NCBI GenBank assembly: GCA_037443945.1
Contig: JBBINH010000001.1
Span: 5,965 to 69,964 of the forward strand
Reading direction: 5' to 3'
DNA length: 64,000 bases
Source: Caldilineales bacterium
GTDB lineage: Bacteria; Chloroflexota; Anaerolineae; J102
Shown here: positions 18,578 to 26,424 of the stretch, in pieces
Layout: every line of letters begins with the position of its first letter
Numbering within the stretch: position 1 is the stretch's first letter
The notes under the pieces: model-generated
What the model was told of the DNA's origin: nothing
Databases searched by the model: none
What the model saw: only the letters and a program-made list of their open reading frames with translations
Program-made: the position numbers and the translations under genes

Positions 18578-18740
18578 AGGCTGCTTTTGCAGTCGGCCGG
18601 AACAGGACAGGCCCATACCGGGCCGGGGCAACAGGGTAAGAGAACATTGGTGCCTTCGGGCCGGGCCGCGGCGAAGCGCGCCTCTGATCCTGCGGTGACT
18701 TTTGCATTTGGAAACCGGCTTGCAGTAAGCCGGCGGGGTA

Positions 18741-18758
18741 TCGTGCTAAACTTCACAA
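18741..18758 (+). promoter_or_regulatory. possible Rex (NADH/NAD+ sensor) operator
   Basis: TCGTGCT-AAAC-TTCACAA versus TTGTGAA-N4-TTCACAA (11/14); overlaps an extended -10-like TGCTAAACT. Confidence 0.35.
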
Positions 18759-18826
18759 ACAGATGGCTTGTATATACGTTGCCAAAGGATACTAAGATGA
18801 GCTCTTGATACCGACCCGGTAAAGCT

Positions 18827-18856
18827 TTGACACATTGTTCGTACACCATGTATAAT
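18827..18856 (+). promoter_or_regulatory. consensus sigma70 promoter of the Rieske/cytochrome b operon
   Basis: TTGACA (18827-18832), 18-bp spacer, TATAAT (18851-18856). Confidence 0.8.
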
Positions 18857-19020
18857 TCGCTCCTGAGTCTCGGTCGATTATGGCCGAGCACGCTCGAGAT
18901 AGATTGCAATCGATGGTCCGGTCTGTAGCGGACGTGAGACAAAAAGGCTAAAGCTTTTGCCTGTCTCACGCCCTTTTGTTTTATTCTACTTTCATCCTCT
19001 GTGGTCAAGGCGTGTAACTT

Positions 19021-19857
19021 ATGGCTGATACCGAGACGAAACCCCCTGTGACAACCGGAAAAGAAGCGTTCGTGGCATCCGCCGAGGGCCGCGTGGCCGA
19101 GCGTCGGCGCGGCGGCGATACCACCGGAGTCTCCGCCGATCGTTCGGATGGTGAAGAAGGCGGCATCAGCGAAGCAGCAAAACGTTTCCAGGCCCTGAAG
19201 CAAGGTCAGGCTTTGAAGCAAAGCCGCAAAGAGCGCGAGGCTGCCCTGTTGCGCCGGGCCGTTGATATCGCTCCACGCGTGAGTGCCGAGAGTTTACCCG
19301 AAGCCCAACCGCAAAAGGCGCCTTCGCTACCTATCAACCGCCGCGAATTCCTGACCTATGCCTGGGGCGGTGCCCTGGCCCTGGTTTTAGCGCAGGGCGG
19401 ACTGGCCACCCTGTGGTTTGCCTATCCGCGCTTTAAGGCGGGTGAATTCGGCGGTGTCTTTACCCTCACGAGTATCCCGGAGCGGGGCGCTAAACCTGTC
19501 GAGAATTTGCAGGGTAAGTTCTGGTGGACGAATGCCGAAGAAGGCGGGATAATAGCGCTGTATAAGGTCTGCACCCATCTGGGTTGTCTGTACGAGTGGA
19601 AAGACCAGACCCGTCGTTTTGAATGTCCTTGTCATGGTTCCAAGTTTAATCAATCCGGTCGCGTCATTCATGGACCGGCGGCTCGTGACTTGGATCAATT
19701 TGTCGTTACCGTCCTGGATAGCAACGGTAACCAGGTCGATCAAACCACACCCGATCACCGTTATGTTCTTGCCGGTGAAGGACTGACTTACAAGATCGAC
19801 ACCGGTCGTAAGATTCAGGGTCGGCCTGCTGACCCTGCTCTGGCTGTGGAGGCATGA
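19021..19857 (+). CDS. petC: Rieske [2Fe-2S] subunit of a Rieske/cytochrome b complex
   Basis: Tat-like NRREFL plus TM, CTHLGC and CPCHGS boxes, GPAARDL. Confidence 0.93.
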   Translation: MADTETKPPVTTGKEAFVASAEGRVAERRRGGDTTGVSADRSDGEEGGISEAAKRFQALKQGQALKQSRKEREAALLRRAVDIAPRVSAESLPEAQPQKAPSLPINRREFLTYAWGGALALVLAQGGLATLWFAYPRFKAGEFGGVFTLTSIPERGAKPVENLQGKFWWTNAEEGGIIALYKVCTHLGCLYEWKDQTRRFECPCHGSKFNQSGRVIHGPAARDLDQFVVTVLDSNGNQVDQTTPDHRYVLAGEGLTYKIDTGRKIQGRPADPALAVEA

Positions 19858-19860
19858 GTT

Positions 19861-21471
19861 ATGGTTGGTCAAGATATTCGCAGCCGTGGACTACGCGGTT
19901 ATCTCGGCGCCAAGGCCGACAGCGTCTTCGAACGCATCACGGCCGGCATTCCCTGGCGCGATTTCCGGAAGATGCTGCGCGGGGATCCCCCCGATCGTCC
20001 GAATCCACGCCTGAAACCCCATTCCGAGTCGTTTTGGCTGCATATCAAGCCCACCTACTATCACGAATCGGTCACGCACTTCACCCATACCTTTCGGTTG
20101 GGATTGCTGAGCACCTATCTGTTCGTGGTGGAGCTGATTACCGGTCTCATTTTGATGATCTGGTACGCGCCCACGCCTGAGCGGGCTTATGCGGATATGA
20201 TACGTTTGCTATCCAATGTGCCGTTTGGGCAATTGATGCGCGATATTCATCGTCTGGGCGCAGAGGCCATGGTGATCGTCGTGGTTCTGCATATGTTTCG
20301 GACCTTCTTAACCGGTTCGTACAAAAAACCGCGACAGTTCACCTGGGTGACCGGGGTGGTGCTGCTCATCGCCACGCTTTTCCTGAGCTTTTCCGGCTAT
20401 CTTCTGCCCTGGGACCAGCTGGCCTTCTGGGCCGTGACCATCGGTACGAGCATGGCCGAGGCCTCGCCGACACCGCCGGGCGCCGGCTGGATCGGCACCA
20501 TGCTGTTCGGTACTTCCGACTGGGTGGGTCAATTCGTCAACCTGTTGTTGCGTGGGGCACCCGACATCGGTGCCGGCGGGTTGCTGCGCTTCTATCTGCT
20601 CCATATCTTCTTCTTGCCGCTGGTTGTTATCTTCTTCTTCTTCTTCCACTACTACAAGGTGGTCCATTTCGGCATTTCCTTGCCGGCGAAGGAGGAAGAA
20701 GTCGGTCAGGATACGGCCAACCGGGTGCCGGCCGATAAACGGCGCTATTACCTGATGGACATCGCCATTGACGAGATAGCCCTGCTTTCGGTGGTCACTT
20801 TCGTTCTGGTAGCGATGTCTGCCTTTTTCTATGATGCCAAGTTGGAACACATTGCCAATCCCCTGAAGACACCACTGCATACGACGGCACCCTGGTATTT
20901 CTACTGGCTCCAGGGTTTGCTCAAGATCGGCAACAAAGTGTTTTGGGGCTTGATTGTGCCCGGGATCATGATTTTCCTCACCTTTGCGCTACCGTATCTC
21001 GATTACAATCCCAGTCGTCGCGGGAAGGACCGTCGTTATGCTCTGGTAGCCGGCTTTCTCTTCGCCTCTTGGATCGTGGTCCTCTCCTTCATGGGCCTGC
21101 CCCTCTATGCCGTGCAATCCCCGCCGGCCGAAGAGGTGGTTCAAGAGTTCATGCCCGAAGAAGGGGTCGGCCCCATCCGTGAGATCCCCTGGTCTGAGCT
21201 GGAAATCGGCGTGTATGACACACGGACCTTTGAAGGGAGTGTGCCCTACTCCGAGTTCGAGCAGGTTATCCTGGACTTCAAGGAGCGCATTGCCCGAGAC
21301 CCCGGTTTGCCCAACGGCAGCGGTATTATCACCGTTGAAGCGGCCGGTCCGGGTTTGAAACGAATCAAGTTCCAGATCGATTACACCGATATCGACGGGA
21401 AGCCGGCTCAGTTTATCAAGACCTTCTATCTGCACGAGAGTTCGCTCTATTGGGAGCAATTCACCTTCTGA
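19861..21471 (+). CDS. petB: cytochrome b subunit (b6 plus subunit IV fused) of a Rieske/cytochrome b complex
   Basis: Heme-b histidines in RDIHR, VLHMFR, LLHIFF, FFHYY; [14 protein letters not shown]; Qo motif APWY. Confidence 0.93.
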   Translation: MVGQDIRSRGLRGYLGAKADSVFERITAGIPWRDFRKMLRGDPPDRPNPRLKPHSESFWLHIKPTYYHESVTHFTHTFRLGLLSTYLFVVELITGLILMIWYAPTPERAYADMIRLLSNVPFGQLMRDIHRLGAEAMVIVVVLHMFRTFLTGSYKKPRQFTWVTGVVLLIATLFLSFSGYLLPWDQLAFWAVTIGTSMAEASPTPPGAGWIGTMLFGTSDWVGQFVNLLLRGAPDIGAGGLLRFYLLHIFFLPLVVIFFFFFHYYKVVHFGISLPAKEEEVGQDTANRVPADKRRYYLMDIAIDEIALLSVVTFVLVAMSAFFYDAKLEHIANPLKTPLHTTAPWYFYWLQGLLKIGNKVFWGLIVPGIMIFLTFALPYLDYNPSRRGKDRRYALVAGFLFASWIVVLSFMGLPLYAVQSPPAEEVVQEFMPEEGVGPIREIPWSELEIGVYDTRTFEGSVPYSEFEQVILDFKERIARDPGLPNGSGIITVEAAGPGLKRIKFQIDYTDIDGKPAQFIKTFYLHESSLYWEQFTF

Positions 21472-21486
21472 GGAGGCTCACTCCCG

Positions 21487-22617
21487 ATGTACGGTGTATC
21501 CCGTCTTGTCATTGCGACCATGGCGCTCGTGGGCACTTTTGTCGTCGTGCTGCTGACGGCGGCACAGGAACCGGCTCGCATGGAGCGCTATGCGGCCAAT
21601 TTCCACGGCCGCGAGATGGAAGTGGGTGCCCAGATTTATTTCGAGGCCTGTGCCGTCTGTCATGGTCAACACGGCGAAGGGCTGGTCGGTCCGGCCCTCA
21701 ACTCGGCCGATTTGCTGCTACCCGCGCCCGGACAAACGCGTCCTCCACGCTTGCTGGCTAAGAATTACCTGGGGGACTTGCGCAGCTATCTCGAAGGCAC
21801 TATCACCTACGGTCGGCCCGGCACGGCCATGCCTGCCTGGGGACAGGCGGCGGGCGGACCCTTCCGCCCCGATCAGATTGCCGCTGTAGCGACCTTTATC
21901 ATGAATTGGGGACTCGACCCCGGCAAACAGTGGGGCGGCGCATCCGAGCGCGTGGCCATCGGCGGCGTTGAACCGGTACTCGTGACGCCCGCCGTGTCGA
22001 TGGCAACCCCACCCCCTCGCAATGTCCGCAGTGTGGAGCTGGGTAAGTATCTCTTCAACGGCCCGGCCGGCTGTGCCGAATGCCATACCTTCGACATCGC
22101 CACCGGCAAAACCGGCCCCGACCTGACGAACATCGTCCAAACCAAGGGCCGCGATTATGTGCGCACCTCCATCGTCGACCCCAACGGCATGGTGGCACCT
22201 GACCATGCTCCGAGTGTGATGCCGCAAACCTTTGCCTTTGCTCTGACCGACATCGAGCTGGAGTCCATCATCGATTACCTGGAGAATCCGGCGGCCGCAG
22301 CCCAGGAAGCGACTCCGGCACCGGCAGCACCGCTGGACGGCAAGCAGGTAGCCCAAAGCGCCGGTTGTCTTGCCTGCCATTCGGTGGATGGCTCCGCCCT
22401 GGTCGGACCGACCTGGCAAGGTCTTTTCGGTCACGAGGTCGAGTTGGAAGATGGCAGTAAAGTGATCGCCGACGAGGCGTATTTGCGCGAATCCATCCTC
22501 AATCCTGCAGCCAAGATCGTCAAGGGTTACCAGAATCTGATGCCCGCCAACTACGAGCAACTGCTAACCCCGGAGCAGATCACGGCCATTATCGAGTACA
22601 TCAAGCTTCTGCAATAG
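21487..22617 (+). CDS. membrane-anchored triheme class I cytochrome c
   Basis: N-terminal TM; CAVCH, CAECH and CLACH each in a class I domain; last domain GPTWQGL...YLRESI..P. Confidence 0.9.
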   Translation: MYGVSRLVIATMALVGTFVVVLLTAAQEPARMERYAANFHGREMEVGAQIYFEACAVCHGQHGEGLVGPALNSADLLLPAPGQTRPPRLLAKNYLGDLRSYLEGTITYGRPGTAMPAWGQAAGGPFRPDQIAAVATFIMNWGLDPGKQWGGASERVAIGGVEPVLVTPAVSMATPPPRNVRSVELGKYLFNGPAGCAECHTFDIATGKTGPDLTNIVQTKGRDYVRTSIVDPNGMVAPDHAPSVMPQTFAFALTDIELESIIDYLENPAAAAQEATPAPAAPLDGKQVAQSAGCLACHSVDGSALVGPTWQGLFGHEVELEDGSKVIADEAYLRESILNPAAKIVKGYQNLMPANYEQLLTPEQITAIIEYIKLLQ

Positions 22618-22644
22618 GGTACGAGCCCTTGCCGCCTCTCCGCA

Positions 22645-22679
22645 GCCGCCTATCCGTTCCGGATGGGCGGCTTTTTTTT
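22645..22679 (+). terminator. rho-independent terminator
   Basis: GCCGCCTATCCG-TTC-CGGATGGGCGGC followed by 8 T. Confidence 0.9.
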
Positions 22680-22750
22680 GTGGTTGTTATCGCTGCGGCG
22701 ACTTCTTCAGAGGTCGGCTGTTTGTCTAACCCGTCGTTCTGAAAGTGTAA

Positions 22751-22790
22751 GTGGGATACTGTGGGATAGTGTGGGATAATGTGGGATAAC
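22751..22790. repeat. four tandem 10-bp repeats GTGGGATAnn
   Basis: GTGGGATACT GTGGGATAGT GTGGGATAAT GTGGGATAAC. Confidence 0.9.
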
Positions 22791-22961
22791 CCGAAGTTGA
22801 CGCCGATGTGAAACGACCGGGCAACGCTTGCTGTTGCCGTCCTTAGCCGGTTTGTATCCAATCGCTCTCCCTGAACCATGGGCAAGACGACGCCGCAACC
22901 GTGGCTTCAAAGCAGTTCGGGGGTTGCGGCGTCGGTATATCTGCTTGTGGGGTGAGCGGAC

Positions 22962-23876
22962 TTATCTCGTTGTCTTCAGAAGATAGTCATAAGCCGCCAG
23001 AGCGGCTTTGGCGCCGTCGCCGATGGCGATGAGGACTTGTTCGCCGAAGCTGTCCGTCACATCGCCGGCAGCGAAAATGCCGGGACGCGAGGTGCGGCAA
23101 CAACCATCCACCTTCACATAGCCCTCCGGGTTGAGATCGACCAGATCGCGTACCAGGTCGGATTGGGGTTTTAGACCCAATTCGCCGAAAACGCCCGTAA
23201 CGGGGATATCCTGCTCGTGTCCGTGGGGATCGCGGATGGTGATACCGGTGACATAGCCATCCATGTGAATGCGCACGAGCTGATGGTTTTCCAGAATGGT
23301 GACGTTGGCCATCTGGCTGAGCTTGTCTCTCAGCGGTGCGTCCACCAGCCCTTCAGGGGCAATGAGCACCACCCGACGGGCGATGGTCGCCAGCTCGGCG
23401 GCCGAACGCAGCGCCAGCTCCGTGTTGCCTATCACCGCCGTTTCGCGTCCCCAGAACAAAGGCGCATGGCTGATGGCCGAATAGCTCAACCCGCGCCCCA
23501 GGGCCTGGGTCTCGTTCGGCACATGCAATCGTCGCGGTTCGGCGCCGGTGGCCAGGATGATGCTGCGGCTTGTTAGGGTTTTGCCACTCTCGGTGGTGAC
23601 GACGAACGTTTCCGGCTGACCGGGCTTAACATCCAGGTGGGTGACCCGATCGCGCAAATAGGCAAAATCGAGATATTGGATCTCGCTGCGGAACTTGCGC
23701 ACCACTTCTTCACCGGTAATGTGCTCATAGCCTTCCAATCCGGCCAGATGAACGCGATAGTTGGCCTTGCCCCCTAATTCGGGCGAGATCAACAGCATCT
23801 CCAGGCGTTTGCGCATGCAGTAGGCGGCAGCCGTAAGGCCGGCCGGTCCACCGCCGATGATGATCACATCGTACAT
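22962..23876 (-). CDS. thioredoxin-reductase-like (TrxB/AhpF-C) flavoprotein lacking the CxxC motif
   Basis: MYDVIIIGGGPAG FAD motif, ILATGA, GIFAAGDV; SYSAISH at the position of SYCxxC. Confidence 0.85.
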   Translation of the reverse strand: MYDVIIIGGGPAGLTAAAYCMRKRLEMLLISPELGGKANYRVHLAGLEGYEHITGEEVVRKFRSEIQYLDFAYLRDRVTHLDVKPGQPETFVVTTESGKTLTSRSIILATGAEPRRLHVPNETQALGRGLSYSAISHAPLFWGRETAVIGNTELALRSAAELATIARRVVLIAPEGLVDAPLRDKLSQMANVTILENHQLVRIHMDGYVTGITIRDPHGHEQDIPVTGVFGELGLKPQSDLVRDLVDLNPEGYVKVDGCCRTSRPGIFAAGDVTDSFGEQVLIAIGDGAKAALAAYDYLLKTTR

Positions 23877-23917
23877 GGCTTGTAACTCCCTCCATAGATA
23901 GGGATAGAGCAACGGCT

Positions 23918-25318
23918 CTAGAGGACAGGCGGCGCCGGAATGAAGCCCTGACGCATCATCCACCGGGTCAATTCGCGGGCTTGGGCGATGGTGTCGCTGG
24001 CCTGACGATAGAGGTCTGCGGCCGTGAGGCTCAGCCGCGCCAGCTTTTGTTCTTGGGCTTTCATGCCCACGGCCACCGCCTCGCGGGGGAAGACCTCCCA
24101 ATCATCCATGGTGGGTAGGATGTGATCTTCGTCCAGCCCGCGCTCCAGGGCCATATCGGCCAGGGCCTGCGCGGCGGCAATGCACATTTCGTCGCTGATG
24201 GTGCGTGCACGCACATCGAGCGCCCCGCGAAAGATGCCTGGGAAACCGAGGGAGTTGTTCACCTGATTGGGAAAATCGGAGCGCCCGGTGGCGAAGATGC
24301 GCACACCGGCTGCTTTCGCTTCCCACGGCCACATCTCCGGGACGGGATTGGCCATGGCGAAGACAATGGCATCGTCTGCCATTTCTTTGACCCATTCCGA
24401 TTTCAGCGTCCCCGGACCCGGCGTACTCAGGGCAATGCAGATGTCGGCGCCTTTCAGCGCTTCGGCGATGCCGCCCGTCCGTCCCTCCTTATTGGTGATA
24501 TTCGCTATGCGCCACTTCTCGGCGAACTCCAGCTTTCGCGCCTGTAAGTCCGGGCGATCGGGATGGAGGATGCCGCGACTGTCCACGGCGATGCAATTTT
24601 CGGGTTGGGCTCCGGCCGCAAAGAGCAGACGAGCGCAGGCCACATTGGAGGCGCCGAAACCCTGAAACACGATGCGCACCTGCTCGATGGGTTTGCCGAC
24701 GATGCGCAGCGCGTTGATGACCGCAGCCAGGGTGACCGTGGCCGTGCCTTGCTGATCGTCGTGCCAGACCGGGATCTCGGCCTGTTCGCGCAGGGTGTCG
24801 AGAATACGGAAGCACTTCGGTTGGGAGAGGTCCTCCAGGTTGATGCCGCCGAAGCTCGGCTGCAGCCACAACACCGCCTGGATGATCTCGTCGGGATTTT
24901 TGGTGCCTAGACAAATCGGCACCGTGTCTACTCCGCCCAGGTACTTGAACAGCAATGCCTTGCCCTCCATCACCGGTAAGGCCGCTTTGGGGCCGATATC
25001 GCCCAGACCCAACACGCGGGTGCCGTCAGAGACAACGGCGACGAGATTCCCCTTGTTGGTGTGTTCGTAGACTTGATCGGGGTCGGCATGAATGGCCTTA
25101 CAAGGCGCCGCCACACCGGGTGTGTACCAGATGGCAAAATCGTTGAAATCACGGACGGCGCATTTGGGTACCACCTGGATTTTACCCTTGTAGAACGGAT
25201 GGAGAGTCATGGCATCGGCCGACGGCTTCTGGGCTCGCGCAACCAGGGCCTGGACATCGTCGGCTGTCGGCGTCGCCGGCTCTGCGGTTGTGATGTCATG
25301 GGCAATGCCTGTGGTCAT
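23918..25318 (-). CDS. NAD(P)-dependent malic enzyme
   Basis: YTPGVA, VSDGTRVLGLG, GINLED, WHDDQQGTA, ANPVPE, PNQVNNSLGFPG; RBS GAGGAGG upstream of ATG 25318. Confidence 0.93.
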   Translation of the reverse strand: MTTGIAHDITTAEPATPTADDVQALVARAQKPSADAMTLHPFYKGKIQVVPKCAVRDFNDFAIWYTPGVAAPCKAIHADPDQVYEHTNKGNLVAVVSDGTRVLGLGDIGPKAALPVMEGKALLFKYLGGVDTVPICLGTKNPDEIIQAVLWLQPSFGGINLEDLSQPKCFRILDTLREQAEIPVWHDDQQGTATVTLAAVINALRIVGKPIEQVRIVFQGFGASNVACARLLFAAGAQPENCIAVDSRGILHPDRPDLQARKLEFAEKWRIANITNKEGRTGGIAEALKGADICIALSTPGPGTLKSEWVKEMADDAIVFAMANPVPEMWPWEAKAAGVRIFATGRSDFPNQVNNSLGFPGIFRGALDVRARTISDEMCIAAAQALADMALERGLDEDHILPTMDDWEVFPREAVAVGMKAQEQKLARLSLTAADLYRQASDTIAQARELTRWMMRQGFIPAPPVL

Positions 25319-25766
25319 GAGAGAAAACCTCCTCGGCGAAATGAGGAAACACCACTGCACGTCGATGGAATGGCAACACCCCCACTCCGGTCGGTCGGGC
25401 CCAACCGGATAGGCCTTTCCCTGCTTCCGATGCCTCCTCCGCGACAGCTGTTGTGGTGACCTTTGTGTCCCGGCAGAGGCGAACGTCGCCCATACCGGCT
25501 TCGATCTCAAGCATACCCCTAGTGACGAAGGTCAGACATGATCCAGCTCATCCCTACCGGAACAAATGGCAGGATCGGCTAAAAATAGCTCCTAATGACA
25601 GGTTCTTTTGATCCTCGCCCGGTCAGAGAACACCCAACCCCGGACCGGCGACGCCTGCTGGCTGCCGGTCTTTTCCGCGCCCGCATAAGGCAGCCTGATC
25701 GCCGCCCAACCTCTGGTTTTGTCCGCTCAAGGCTCTGCCATGGACAAACGCATCGCTACCGCGAAC

Positions 25767-26066
25767 TCATTCGAAGCGATGCTCGCCAACACCCTGCAGC
25801 TCGTGGACCAGCCGCGATGTCATCTCCGCTTCGGCCAGGCGCAGCGAAGCATAGCGCGAGGCTTCGGCCATCAGATGCTCGGCCGTCTCTTTGGGTAGCT
25901 TATTGAGTTCGGCCAGGGTATAGCCTCTCTCGCGGAGATAGGCTTCGATGTAGTGCTTTTCCAGTTGGGCATGGATCTCTTCCATGCGGGTTTCCGACGA
26001 TAAGGGAACGCCGGGCTCGTCAATGGGGATAGCCAGGGCGAACATGGTCGCAATCTCCTCGGGCAC
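25767..26066 (-). CDS. small conserved hypothetical protein
   Basis: Protein-like helical composition (LEKHYIEAYLRERGYTL); extended -10 TGCTATACT upstream on the minus strand; start uncertain. Confidence 0.55.
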   Translation of the reverse strand: MPEEIATMFALAIPIDEPGVPLSSETRMEEIHAQLEKHYIEAYLRERGYTLAELNKLPKETAEHLMAEASRYASLRLAEAEMTSRLVHELQGVGEHRFE

Positions 26067-26255
26067 GGGGCTCAGACAAGGAAATGAACCGAACTTTCAA
26101 TTTCAGTATAGCACATCTTCGGCGAAGATTTTCGCCGAGATGCCGGTAAACAATGGCAAACAAATGGGCCGGTCTTCGACCTCATCCCGGAGGTGTCTGC
26201 ATCGCTTTAGATAGGACAAGCGCGGGAAGGCACAAAGCTGGCGCCCACCCTAGTT

Positions 26256-26349
26256 GACTCGGTTCCGGAGTGTGTCGGCGCAAGAGCGGCAGGCAGGCAT
26301 AACGTTCAAACGTTCTAACGTTCTCACCAACAAAAGATAGAACCGAGGC
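26256..26349 (-). mobile_element. MITE-like element, copy B (94 bp)
   Basis: Ends GACTCGGTTC / GAACCGAGGC, flanked by direct repeat CCCTAGTT (26248-26255, 26350-26357); 89/94 nt identical to 54136-54237 in reverse orientation. Confidence 0.85.
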
Positions 26350-26424
26350 CCCTAGTTGGTGTTCTCGTGCCTGTACGGTAAGATGAGAGCGACCCTTGTT
26401 TGTTCCTTTGCCCGGCATCGGACC

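Noticed and set aside
8939-18600. MtrB/PioB-type porin or heme-maturation genes within the cytochrome cluster
   Set aside because: No beta-barrel-like or Ccm/Res ORF fits between the tightly packed genes; absence applies to this window only
22751-22790. Possible CRISPR array
   Set aside because: 10-bp tandem units with no spacers and no cas genes
25296-25514. 72-aa minus-strand ORF with an AGGGG RBS upstream of malic enzyme
   Set aside because: No recognisable motif and it overlaps the malic enzyme RBS and start; cannot be supported without homology or ribosome data
26291-26325. LexA boxes within the AACGTT arrays
   Set aside because: The repeats contain GAAC and GTTC half-sites but not in the GAAC-N4-GTTC arrangement
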